Assembly (NCBI RefSeq): GCF_008831285.2
Contig: NC_045138.2
Coordinates: 10,416,001 to 10,480,000 of the forward strand
From: Nymphaea colorata
Taxonomy: Eukaryota
Reading direction: 5' to 3'
Length of the DNA stretch: 64,000 nucleotides
The notes under the pieces were generated by a model that saw nothing but the letters and a program-made list of their open reading frames with translations, was not told where the DNA came from and searched no databases. Numbering within the stretch: position 1 is the first letter of the stretch; every line of letters starts with the position of its first letter. Shown here piece after piece: positions 1-12,479 of the stretch. A program made the position numbers and the translations under genes.

Positions 1-124
1 AACGGGCCGCATCGGGCCGGGCCGACCAGGGCTGCGTCATCTGGCCCAGGCCCGGCCCGGACCCGAGCCCGACCGGGCCGGGTACCGGGTACCAGATGGC
101 AGCTCGGCCCGATGCCCAGGCCTA
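1..124. mobile_element. Right end of a GC-rich hAT-like MITE (truncated by window start)
   Basis: Dense GGCCCG/CCCGA subterminal repeats ending in ...GATGCCCAGGCCTA, resembling the end of the TSD-bounded MITE at 23208-23505 (...GGTGCCCACCCTTA). Confidence 0.55.
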
Positions 125-1696
125 GTTAGGATAGGTCCAGATATGCACCCAGCTGGAACTATAATTAATTTAGATTCCGAAAAATCAGTTGAGGTGGAAG
201 CATTGTTTCCCATTGGTCTAATCTCTAATTTGACCAATGGCTCATGGAAACTTTGTTTCCCATTGGTCTAATCCATGATACATGGACAAGGATTACGTTA
301 TTTTTTATCCTCTTTAAATGATTTCAATCAAGCACTCGTAGCCCACACGCATGAGTTAGGTGTGCACAGCTAGGTCTGGTCAACTGTGGTCCAGACCTGG
401 TCAAGTCTAACTTGGATCCTAGTTTGACAAAAATACCCTTAGCCTGGGTTTTATATTTTTGAAATCGAGCTTGTTAGGCTCAAGCCTAGTGACTAAGCTC
501 TTAAATGTTTATGAATTGCAAACTTTTGTTTGATAGTTCAATTTAGTTTGAAAAGATTTTGAAAATCCTATCACATTTGGTTTGAAAAGGGTATTTTTGT
601 CTATAATTCAATTTGAAAATGGATTTAATTGAATCAAATTTCAATTTGAAATCTTGTTTTTCAATTTGGTATTTAATTTGTGCATTTGACAAATTCAAAT
701 GTGTAGTTGATTTTTATTGAATCTTAACTTGGATTCTACGAATTCAATTTAATCATGGAAGGATAGAGTTGTTCAAATTTGGTCAAATTTGATCAGTTGA
801 CCAAAGTCAAAGTTCATTTTGTGAGCTAATGTTGACTTGATTGAGGTAATTTGATGAATTTGAGCTTAGGAAGCACTTAATTGTGTTTCAACTGAGCTCA
901 ATTTCAAATTGTACTTCGACTAGGTTTAGTCAAAGTAGATTTGATCTAGTCAAGGTCTATCTCTGTCCATTGCCTGGATTGTGGGATAGACCTAGCCATT
1001 TAACTGGGTTTTAACTAAGCTAAGCTCATGTTGACTGAGCTTAGTTGAAGTTGGAACCACATTTGGGTGCTCCAAGGTGAGTCAACTTACGGTTAGTAGG
1101 TTGGTTAGAAGCACTTATTTCTTCTTTGGAATTTGATTCCTCTTTTAATTAGAGGATCTTTTCAACTAATAGATAAAGAGGTATAAATTTCTCTCTTTCC
1201 CTATGGACTTAATTATGATCTTATCTAATTTCATTAAAATTGAAAGGAGATGTTTTTGAAAAGGAGAGTGGGTGTGTGGCCTCTTGGGTGGGCCCTTGGC
1301 CGCTCGAGCCACACGAGCTATGTGGGGCACACATGTGGATCCCACTCAAAAATTCGATCAAAAATTGGATCCAATTTTTGAATTTGAATCAAGATTCAGA
1401 TTTTGAATTCAAATTTGGATTCCAAATTGGACATGGATCTAAATGACAATTGAAATTGGATTTGAATTTCAAAAACCTAATTTGGATCTAGTGTTGAGTA
1501 TTGGATTAGGATTCAGACTCATAATCCTACCTTGAGATTTGTGCTACAAGTTGAATTTATGATTTAAACCTAAATAGTGTTTAGATTTGAAATTGGCTTT
1601 GAAACTGAAGTTTTTGACAATTGTTTTGTAAAATTTGTTTCTAAGATTTTGAAATTTCATCTATCAACTGAGATGAAAAAATTTGGGGTATTAACA
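125..1696 (+). mobile_element. Probable LTR (3' part) of a large gypsy-type (Athila/Tat-like) retrotransposon
   Basis: Non-coding, repeat-like AT-rich sequence ending in AAAAATTTGGGGTATTAACA, resembling LTR 3' termini. No partner LTR or clear primer-binding site (PBS) seen, so this is inference. Confidence 0.4.
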
Positions 1697-3904
1697 AGTG
1701 GCTTAATAGAATGGTCTGAGATAATAGTTTTTCATATTTAAAACAAAAAAACTCATATCACTGAATGAGTTAAATAAAAAAAAATCAGTAAGAATATAAC
1801 TATGAATTAGTTAAACAAAAGGGAGAGACAAGCAGGGAGGCCAGTGTAAGATGAAAGGAAGAATATGGCAAATGAGGAAAGGAGGGATGAGGAGGTAGGC
1901 TTTTCCCTTTAAAAATTTTTTATGGCTCTTTTGGAAGGGGATTGATTTTTCTTCACTGTTTTTGTTTGCCCCAAATTGGACTAGCATAGTGTTTAGAGGC
2001 TGTTAGTGTCTCCTTCTCATGGTGGTGAATAGTCGGGTGGTAGTTTGTCTTTATTTGATATTGCGTCAGTCTTGAGTGAGTAGTTGCTATTTGCAATTCT
2101 GTTCTGGTTTTTTTCCAGTAGGAGCGCCCTATTCTCAGCCTGAGTGACAATGTTACTCTTTTACCTTGTCATGTAGATTGATTTGTTATTGTAAGTAAAC
2201 CCTTTTATTATTTATTTTCTCTAATAGCTGATTGGAATTAAGTAGGAAGAAGGAACATGTTGTGGGTTTTTGGAATGAGAATCGGTTGGGAAGGTTGCAC
2301 ACCTTCCCAAATACCAAACTTCATTCTTTGTACTCATTATATATGAAGTTTTCCTAAGGGGATGCGGTTGGACATTTAAGGTTTAGATTAACATAATCCT
2401 ATGATTAACATAATCCTATCTACGGATCATATGGGTTAGATATAAAACTGAGTTGTAAAAATCCTGTAAAACATAGGTTACTTCTCGAGTGATGGACCTA
2501 AGGTTGATTCCCTATTAGCATGAAATTTGACATATCTAAATAATTCAAATGATAAGTAGTTTAAATTTCTATTAGAGAAATATATTGGCCTCATCTTCTT
2601 TTCAGTCGGCTGATTTGCTGTTTAAGTGGAACTTATAAGATTAAATGTATAGCTAAAATAAGTTGATGCATGGGTCGTTGGCACCCATGAGCCACCAAAT
2701 AAAATATTGACTCATGGTAATATATATATATATATATAAAAGATTCGTGATTGTCACACAATAGCCAGCCGAGCTGCTTCTCTCTCCTCACCTGGGCTAT
2801 TGATCTAAGAACGATCGCACGTCCCAAAAAATCCCGACGAATTTATTCTCTCTCTCCTCGACACAATGCCTTCGTCACAGCCGATGCTCGATTTACTCCT
2901 TCTCTCCTCGACGGCAGCCTTTCCTCGTGCTCGCTCGCCACCACCACCCCAGATTTCTCCGCAGCATAGACGAGAGCGGGCTCGCTACCACTGGACACTC
3001 TTCCCCACACTCCCCACCACCAAAAAGAAAGGCGCACTCGCCACCACCGGACGAGCACCATCATGGCCTGCTACAGGTAAGCTGCTCTCTGCTCTCGCCG
3101 ATTTCTCCTTTAGTTCCTATCCTCACAGTTTTTTCAGCTGCTTTCATCAAATATCGGTTGCAATTTGCGTGCTCGCCACCACCGAACGAGCACCACCATT
3201 GCCCACTACAGGTAAGTTGCTCTTTCCTATCACCAACTTTCCCATTATTTCTTATCGCGTCATATATTTCAGCTGCCTTCATCATTCCTATTGAATAATC
3301 ATCCTGCTCCTGTTGCTGTGAAAACTTTGTATTTATTAGCTTACTGACTCATCTGAGTGAGCGTTTTTACACAAAGGCTTTCGCAAATACGGTTTTTTTG
3401 GCCTTTATCTGCCAACAGCAATTTGATATTTTACTCGTTCTCCTCTTTCTAGAAGTTTATGTTTTTGGCGTTTTGTTATCAGCTTCAGGAATTAGCATTA
3501 TAATTTTTTCACTAGCATTTTTAAGGTTGATTGTCCCATGAATACACAATGACACACGTATATAAGAGGAACAATGACAAGCTCCCAACAACTTGCCCAT
3601 TCAACCAAAAAACTGCTGAAAACCTAGAAATTTTTACTGGTTATAAGGGTAAACTTCTTCTTGATTGGGTGGAACAGTCACAAATAACACCTAGTTGTCA
3701 ATTTTTTATTACAGACCAAGGTTTATGATAACTAGAATGTTTAAATAAGTATGTTGAGTTTGTACATACAATTATTTAACACACTTGTCTTATATATTTC
3801 AAGTTTTACGTTCAAAATACTTGTGTCAATTACTAATTTTGTTGTAATGCTAGGAATGTCTATCAAATTCGTGGCAGGATTGCAACTTTAAAAATCCTAG
3901 CATT

Positions 3905-6260
3905 GTGAGGAAGCTAGATATGAATCAAATGACAACCAGAGAGGTTGATATGTTGAATGTCGATGAAAAGATTGCAGCTTTGAATCATGAGGATTTGTCA
4001 GAGGATGAAGAGATTAACGTCATCGAAGGAAACTATGTCAATGTTAAATGTTCTGGTGAGGCGACTGCACTAGTTCTAAATGTTCCCAGTGACTTAGTGC
4101 CTCATGTTGGCATGGAATTGGAGAGTGTTGATAATGCGTATCAGTTCTATAATAAACGCTTTGGCAGGCAGATTTGATGTTTTTGTATGTGACTCAAAGA
4201 AGAACGATGAGTCATATATTATAAAAAGTTTGCCTGTAAGAAAAACGGCTTCAAGAAACAAAGGGGTAATGAGAGAAAGGAATATGCAAGCACTAGATGT
4301 GGGTGCAAGGCGTGGATATATATTGAACTAAACATATTTACGAAGAAGTGGCGTTTACTTAACATTCACAATGCGCACAATCATTATTTGTATTCTCCAT
4401 CGAAAATGAATTTTCACAAGTCAGCTAACAAGATAAGTACTCCCCAAAAGAAGGTGATTGGTTATATGATCGAGTCTCGGATAAAACCATCAAAAGTAAT
4501 GAAAGTTTTTGCACATGAGGCTAGTGGGGTGGAATATGCACAAAAAAACAATTGTATATGTTTCTCTAGAAACATCATAATAACATCTATAGAATCGATA
4601 GTCAGACAATGGTAAATTACATCAAAGGAGAGATGAGAACCTAGAATTCTATTTCAACATTTAGGTTAATGAGAGGACAAACGGGATATTCTTTTTGGGA
4701 AGATGCAACAGCTCATAAAGGTTATTGCTTTCTTGGTGATGTCGTGTCGTTTGGTACGACATATAAAAAAAACAAATACCATAAGCCATTCGCTCTGTTC
4801 ACAAGTGCAAATCATCATGGACAAACCATAATATTTGGTTGTGCATTATTGGTGGATGAAAAGAAAGAGAATTTTAAGTGGCTCTTTGAAGAATGGTTAC
4901 ATTCTCTCCAGTGACATTTTCAACTTATCAAGATTTTGCAATGAAAGCAGCAGTGAAAATCATTTTCCCAAATACAGTACATAGGTATTGCAATTGGCAC
5001 ATATATATGGAAGTGCCAACCTACTTTAGCTTCTATAGACAGAATCATCAATTTAAAAAGCTATGAGGTGCAGTTTTTCAATTTAGAAACAATTGAAGAA
5101 TTTGAAAATAGAAGAAATGAAATGATCAAGCTACATCCTCAGCTACAAACTATTAAATGCTCGACCAACTTATAAAATGAAAGAGCTACAAGGGCTAAGC
5201 CATCTTCTAGTGACAATTTCATGACATGAATGTTTACTACCCAACAAGGTGAATGTGTGAATAACTGCTTCAAGAATTGGGTTAATCTACCTACGTCATT
5301 GTCAGATCGTAAGATATGAAGAAGTTGTTGGTAGGCAGCGATACCATGAGAAGGAGCTGGACTTTAAGATGAACAATGAAGTGAACCCACCACTGCATGT
5401 CTTGCATTAGACATGTATTTGAGAGATATTTTTACTCCTCTAATATACAGAAAGTACTTTAAGCAGGTCAAACTTGAAGAAGGTCAGGTCATAGAATATA
5501 CATTGGAGGAACAAATAGAGGATGACGACACAACTGATGAATACAAAGAATATGTTATTTCATTCAATCGAAGCAAGGAATGCTTTTTAAGTTGTCACTG
5601 CAAATTGTGGGAATCAACAAACATTGTTTGTCGTCACATGCTATTAGTACTACATACAAAACATATAAAGAAATTGCCTTCAGGTTGTTAAGCCAAATGC
5701 TAGTTCTTTTTTACTAATAAAGGCAAATTTTCTTCACTTGAAGGTCAACCAGTGAGTTAGGGAAGCATTTCAGATGACACCTTTTATGAGAATGCAGTTG
5801 ATGTATTCAAAAAAATGTTGGAACATATGTGAAGCACAAAGGGTTTGAAAGGCAAAGGACAAAGTTCATACAGTCGCAATGAGGATCAAAATCCAGTTAC
5901 TAATTTAGCTCGTGATGATGATGCTAACAGATTCCTTGATCTTGGTCCAGTTCATGCTAAAGGAACTGCAAGGTGAACTTTTTCAGGAATCGGGCATAGG
6001 AAAACACCAAGACAGTGTTCGACTTCTCAAAGACATGGACATAATTCTCATATATGTCCACTAAACATGAAAGCGGGATACGATAATATTATATAATAAT
6101 TTTAGGTTCCAATATATAGTATATATTTATCAATATTTTATGTTGGTTAAATGCCTGTGACAAGATGTAGGAGTAATTCAACTGTTGCTAACGTTGTGGA
6201 ACGAAGAGTTTGCTATTCATGTAAAGGAACAGACCATGATAAGAGAAACTGTTTGAAGTT
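3905..6260 (+). pseudogene. Degenerate FAR1/FHY3-like Mutator (MULE) transposase
   Basis: Fragmented ORFs give the domains in the expected order: FAR1 DNA-binding (PHVGMELESVDNAYQFYN), MULE core (FLGDVVSFGTTYKKNKYHKPFALF...NHHGQTIIFGCALL, with the usual DTTY changed to GTTY), SWIM finger (CHCKLWESTNIVCRHML) and CCHC knuckle (CYSCKGTDHDKRNC). Many stops and frameshifts. Confidence 0.85.
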
Positions 6261-7482
6261 GAAAGATGCCGGTAAATGCATTTACACTATCCAATATTTT
6301 TGTTTCAAAGACTGTTTGAAATTCACTATAATTGTTTGCTTTCGACAGGCCCCACATCATCAAGAAAGGAAAATTAGTTTGGTTGTGCCGGTATACTTGC
6401 TTTTGTCGTATTAGTTTTTGATAAACTATCATTTTCATTTTTCCATTCATTTTGGTTTTTGAGTAACTTTTATTTGTTGCTTGCTATTGTGGATTTTCAG
6501 GCTGACGAATGACAAAGTTGGGGAGAAACATCTCTGTTCACACTATGATATGCCTTCACATGGCCATATATATAGATATAGCAGTTGTATGGAAAGTGGT
6601 ATTAATGTGAGCAGGGGATTAATGATGTAGTAGTACTGCTATAACTTATGGTTTAAATCTTCTAGTACTGCTGCTTAACTTCTTCACTAAGGTGGCAAGT
6701 ATCACACACATTTGCATTTTGTTGGTAGCCATTCCGATTGTTGCTTAACTACATTTTCTTTTGCCTTCCCTATAAAGTATGTGTTACTCACTGCTTTTTT
6801 AGTTTTGAAATAATGTTGGGAGTAGCAGCCATTTATGGTGTTGTATCTGATAAAGTTGACATTGTATCACACTATGTTCACTGGATGGGATTGTATTTGG
6901 TGTGGGGTTAAAATGGTGTTGAAAGGACATGCTTTATTCAATGGCCTAGGGTTGTATTCGGCGTGGAGTTAAAAATGGTGTTCACTGTGACTTCATGTTT
7001 TATATTGAAGATTGGGTAGAGAACAAGTATGGGCAATTTGCGACGTGGACACTAAACTCAGTAATGTGCATCTTGGATTTCTGTTTATTTTCACCTATGA
7101 TTTATGTAACAATGACAACTTGCGTATTAAGAATCCAATCTACTTTAAAACTGATAGCTGCACCAATATAAACTAAATTTACAATGTTCGGTCCAGCAAT
7201 GTAAACACATGATCTACAGGATTTAAAAATGACAAAGTTTACATACATAATATCGTGGGTACTAGTGATTTACTTTAATATGTACAATATTACCAATAGT
7301 CAAGCATCGTACACCTTCAACTATTTCTTTATAACCTCTCCATCCATTTATAGCATTATCTTCGAGTACACGAACGTGCAACTCCTTCACATGTTTTAGC
7401 TATTTTCTAACATGGTTCAATTCGTTGATAAAAAAAAAGGATCATTCTCTTCTTTTGGCAAATGTGACCTGTTTTCTCAGAA

Positions 7483-7692
7483 ACACCACTGAAAAAAGCC
7501 ACAAAATTTGGACATTTCTTGTAAATATCATGCAAAACAACATCAAACAGTAGTGAAGACATTTTTTTTCATAAACAAATTACACAATTGACGATGCTAA
7601 ACATCACATATGTAGTTATTGCACCCATAAAATAGCCTTCATGCATTAGGTCCTTGTTTTACCATTCTTATCGGATGAGCTCACCATCACAC
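7483..7692 (-). pseudogene. GRF-type zinc finger remnant, convergent with the MULE transposase
   Basis: Minus strand reads IRMVKQGPNA*RLFYGCNNY, then after an intron-like gap KFCGFFQWC. This matches the zf-GRF pattern (GPNxGRxFYxC...CxFFxW), with the Gly of GR replaced by a stop. Confidence 0.65.
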
Positions 7693-7823
7693 CTACAAAA
7701 TGTCAATACACAGAAAATGCATGTTCATGTTAGATTGAAAGTACACCTTAATCCTTCATGTAAGGAATGAAATCATGGGGCTCATTTCTTGAATCCACCG
7801 TCCTTTAGTCAAAGGGTTGCCAG

Positions 7824-8236
7824 TGTTCCCCTGCGTCTAGAGTCTGTACAGTCATTTGCTTTGCAATGTACATTCTTTGCTTATGTAAAGTCTTGGTGTA
7901 AACTTGTAAGTTCACCTGTGTCGGAGTACCCTACCAAAACGGCCCAAGTGTAAGATTGGGATTCCATTTTTGGATGGTCGGCATGAGAATTCTGTAAGCA
8001 GCTTCGGCCATCCTTTGTAAGTAAAGTGTAAAAGCTTACTTACTTTCCCTCGTGATGTACTCAACTTTCTGAAGTGAATATACTGCGAGTTTTCTTTTCA
8101 CTCTCTTTGTGTATTGGGTCTTAAGTTTTCGAAAAAGCATTCAAGTGATTTGCGTCCACATGAACGAGGCGAAGGTTTGCGGTTTACTGGCGAGAGTTTG
8201 TCGCGCCGCACGGTCCGAAGTAATCGGCCCGTGACA
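7824..8236 (+). repeat. 5' LTR (413 bp)
   Basis: Direct repeat of 10601-11014, with about 40 differences by manual count (~10%). Confidence 0.95.
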
Positions 8237-10600
8237 ACTGGTATCAGAGCTTAGACTCTGTTCAATCTGGGGAAGCCATTGGAGAGTCGATGCAGACCGT
8301 CGCGCCGACTTGCTGCTGTTGAGGAGAATGTCATGGCTTCCCAATACCCGTATAGAAGAGACCCACGACCAGGTGAACCTGAAAGAGACGGTGACTAGGT
8401 TGGTCGCAGATGTGGCCACCCATGAGGAAGCCCTTGGCTTTGCCGTTGAGACTTTTGAGGGATTCAAGGATGAGATGAAGTTGCTGCGGGAACAGATGGC
8501 CGAGTCAGTGGCCATGAACCGGTCGCTCTCCGACTTGGTGAAGACCTTACAGGACGAAGTTGCTGGACTTCAGGCTTCAAACCAGAAACTATGACGTACG
8601 AACTCAGCTAGTAGTAGCCAAGAGATGACTAGTAGGGTCAACGTTCAACGTCCGGCGAAGTACAGTGGTAGCCGGGATGCGAGAGCGATCGACAACTTTC
8701 TGTTCCAAATGGACGTAAGACCGTAGCGATGTTACTAGAAGGAGATGTTGTGGCATGGTGGAGGCAGAAAATGCTGGACATCGAGAATGGGGAGTGCACA
8801 ATTAGAATCTTCGACGACTTCTGCAAGCAGTTGAAGGAATACTTTATGTCCGTGAATGTTGAAAAGCATGCCTATAGGTTGGTTGCAAACCTGGAACAGA
8901 CTGGCGCCTTGAGAGATGACATCAAGGCCTATCAAAAGATCATGTTGGACGTGTCTATGATGCCAGAAAAATGTAAACTTCACTGGTTCATTATAGGGCT
9001 CCAATCTTGAGCTCAAGCCGATGTGGAGAAATCGAATCCTGAGACCTTAGAGAAGACATATGTGGCAGCCGAGCGCTTGGCCGACACCCAACACAAAAGC
9101 TACACAGATACCTTCAAGTCCATTAAGGGGTCTGACCATGGCGGTAAGAGGGAGGAACAGCGAAACAATAGAAATGAATCGTCGCCCCAGAAGCCAGCTG
9201 AGAGAAAATCTTTCTTTCGCAAGGACTATAATGAGCCACAAAGAGAAGTGACTTATTGGGTCTGCGGAGGAAGGTACTATACGCGTGTTTGCCCAAAATG
9301 GGTGAGACCTACCGAACAGGCCAATGCCTTGAGGGCCACCAAAGGTGGAAGTGAAGAAGGGGAAGGATCGAGGATTAGTGCACTTCATCTTCTCTACTCA
9401 CTGAAACGTGAAGAGAAAGCCAAAGTGACAGCGACGCCTTCCAAGGAACTCATGTGCATTGAGATTCTGGTGAATGGAAAGCCTACAATGACTATGATAG
9501 ATACGGGTTGTACGCACGCGTCGCCTTCCAAGGAACTCATGTGCATTGAGATTCTGGTGAATGGAAAGCCTACGATGATTATGATAGATACGGGTGCCAC
9601 GCATAATTTCGTCTGAGTTGTGGAGGTGAGGAAATTAGACCTCACCCTTGAGAGGGGAGAGTTGCGCATGAAGGCAGTCAACTCAAAGGCAAAACTCATC
9701 TATGGAGTGGCCTGAGATGTGGTTGTGAAGATTGAGAGTTGGTCAGATAAAGCCAACTTCTCTGTGGTCCTGATGGACGATTACCAAATGATTCTCGGCA
9801 TGGAGCTCCTTAGTGCAGTGAAGATGGTCTCGAAGCCGCATTTGTGTAGTGTCAACATTATGGATGAGAAGTCTCCTTGCATGGTGCCAGCGGTAACACT
9901 GAGGAAATGCAAGGGCAAGGTCGCGATGATATCTGCGCTTCAATTGAACAAAGGCCCAGAGCACGGCGACGGAATGGACTTAGTCCCAACCAGGGAAGTG
10001 TCTAAAAACTCTACTGGTTTGGTCCCAGAGGCGCTTGCACCTGTCTTAGAGGAATTCGTCGGGACAACACCTGCGAAGCTCCCTAGATGGCGGCCACCTC
10101 GGCATAAAGTGGGCCATGCCTCTACAGAATTGAAAAAATTTGGAGATCAAAGGCGAGGGTCGATGGAATTTCGAGCGGGCGACACCGAGCACGGATCAGA
10201 AAGTATGAAGGGTCATTGACTGTGATCAAGAGGATGGGGAAGCTGGCGTACAAGTTAGATCTCCCGCTAGACTTCAAGGCGCATCCTGTGTTCCACGTCC
10301 GCAACCTTGAGACCTTCTATGCCGACACTGAAGACCCGGAGAGAAGCCAGCCGCGACAAGAACCAATCTTCCAATGAGCTCCTTCGACCCAGAGGACCAC
10401 CGACCGACAGTTGGACCAGATCCTTCGGCACAAAATGAACTACCTTGGTGAACGGAAGCGATACTTGGTCAGGTGGGTAGACGAAGACCAGCCAACATGG
10501 GAGTATATCTTCTGTTTGAAGCGAAGCCATCCAGAAGAAGTCAGGGTCTACCACGAAGCTGCTAGCGCCGAGAACGACGCTTCATTTGAAAGGGGGAGCA

Positions 10601-11014
10601 TGTTCCCCTGCATCTAGAGTCTGTACAGTCCTTTGCTTTGCAATGTACATTCTTTGCTTATGTAAAGTCTTGGTGTAAGCTTGTATGTTCACCTGTGTCA
10701 GAGTACCCTCCCAAAACGGCTCAAGTGTAAGATTGGGATTCCTTGTTTTGGATAATCGGCATGGGAATTTTGTAAATGACTTCGGCCATCCTTTGTAAGT
10801 AAAGTGTAAAAGCTTACTTGCTTTCCCTCGTGATGTACTCAACTTTATGAAGTGAATATATTGCGAGTTTTCTTTCCACTCTCTTTGTGCATTGTGTCTT
10901 GAGTTTTCGAAAAAACGTTCAAGTGATCTGCGCCCACTTGAACGAGGTGAAGGCTTGCGGCTTACTGGCGAGAGTTTGCCACACCGCACGATCCAAAGTT
11001 GTCGGCCTGTGACA
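10601..11014 (+). repeat. 3' LTR (414 bp)
   Basis: Direct repeat of 7824-8236, preceded by the PPT and followed by TSD GCCAG. Confidence 0.95.
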
Positions 11015-11756
11015 GCCAGTTTATCATGATTTATTTTTGCAATCTTATTGATTGGTGCTATCGTATGTGTCTATGAGCACCATGCCAGCAACAAAAACCA
11101 AAGAGAACAACGATATATCAATAAAATAATACCTAGACGATGATATATTGATAAAATAATACCTAAAGCATATGCTAAATTTAGTTTTGTTTATAAGAAC
11201 AATTTAAAAGCATTGGCACGGCAAGTGGAAACGAGTGGTGGGGATTGCGGGCTGAAGGGCACCAATTCAAGTTGATAAATTTAAGGGCACCAAAATAAAT
11301 GAGTAAATCATTTAAAGCCCGTGCCTATCTATCTGTGGCTCCCACTGGCTGAAACACGTGCCGGTTGGTGAACACATGCGCATAGTCCCCTTCCTGTGTG
11401 TGTCACAAGCACTTGTCTCTGGACCTGGGTAGCGAACACATGCCTTTACTTCTATCATTCTTCTTTTTATGTAGTTTCTGTCATTCTTCTTTTGTATGCA
11501 GTGATTTATAGGTGAGAGGCGTATTCCTCAGCAGCTGTGCATCGAAAACAAAGAAAGAAATGTTGAAAAAGCAGTTGTTTGTTAAGAAAAAGAAAAAGAT
11601 ATTTCTAGAGGTTTATCCTTGACTCACAGCGAAGTTGAGAACGGAAGAATATATGCTAAGAGAAGTTATGAAGTAAGTTAAGTTATAAGTAACCTCAATT
11701 ACCATCTGTGTCACATGGGTACAAGTACTAGAATCATATATAACCTCAATTACCAT

Positions 11757-12479
11757 CTGTGCCACATGGGTACGAGTACTAGCATCATAGATGTATATGG
11801 TGGTATGGATATGGGTACACCAGTTTTGAAAATTTTGAATACAAGGGTATGGTAGAGCATATACGTAACACCTCAAAAATGTAGTCTCTTATTTCCTAGC
11901 CTTTTTGTGGCTGGAAGTGAAACTGCAAGAGCGACTTGAGATCTGTCGGACCAGGGGTCCAAGCTCAGGAGTAGGTCGGATCGTTATAGTGGTATCAGAA
12001 GACAGTTCAACACTCAAACTTAGGTCCCACACGCGCAGACGCGTGTCTTAAAGAAGGTGGATTGTAACACACACAAAATTTAGTTTCGAATTGAAAATTG
12101 TGAGGAACCTTAAGGACTTATAAATGGGATTGTTAAGTAATTGGTTGTCCTCTTAACCTTTTTGGGGTTAAAACTCAAATTGGTAGGAGGTGGGTTGGAA
12201 TCCATTAGACCAATAGTCTGAACCCAAAAGTGGGTTAGGTCGTTACAATATATATAAATATACATTATACATATAATAATCCACAAAAGTTCTTAAAGTT
12301 AAAGAAAAGTGGCAGGGAAATATAGAATCTAAGGGAAATAAGAAAAAAGGATAAAATTAAAAAAAATGAAAAAATAAACTTTTAAGTTTTAAAATGCAGC
12401 CCTACCCGCTTACTTGTGTCGCTGTACCTGCATAAGGACACAGGTAGTTGGCCATATCACATGTACCTATGTGACATAT
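11757..12479. mobile_element. hAT-like MITE (same family as 43801-44269), interrupted by a TRIM
   Basis: Terminal inverted repeats (TIRs) CTGTGCCACATGGGTAC ... GTACCTATGTGACATAT; imperfect 8-bp flanks ATTACCAT/ATTACAAC. Confidence 0.7.
11864..12247 (+). mobile_element. TRIM (terminal-repeat retrotransposon in miniature)
   Basis: Diverged 5' repeat about 11864-11988 (CGTAACAC...TCGTTATA); PBS TGGTATCAGA 11990-11999; about 70 bp internal; PPT AAAGAAGGTGG; 3' LTR 12063-12247 (TGTAACAC...TCGTTACA); ATATA on both flanks. Confidence 0.75.

Larger units (their letters stand above)
7824..11014 (+). mobile_element. Internally deleted Ty3/gypsy chromovirus (Galadriel-like) LTR retrotransposon, complete ends
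   Basis: LTRs 7824-8236 and 10601-11014 (TG...CA); TSD GCCAG at 7819-7823 and 11015-11019; PBS TGGTATCAGAGC 8239-8250; polypurine tract (PPT) about 10588-10598. Contains degenerate gag, protease (DTGATHNF), integrase C-terminus (RKYEGSL...HPVFHV) and chromodomain (YLVRWVDEDQPTWE). No RT, RNaseH or integrase core. Confidence 0.95.

Noticed and set aside
3905..6260. Functional FAR1-related (FRS) transcription factor
   Set aside because: Numerous stops and frameshifts break every domain.
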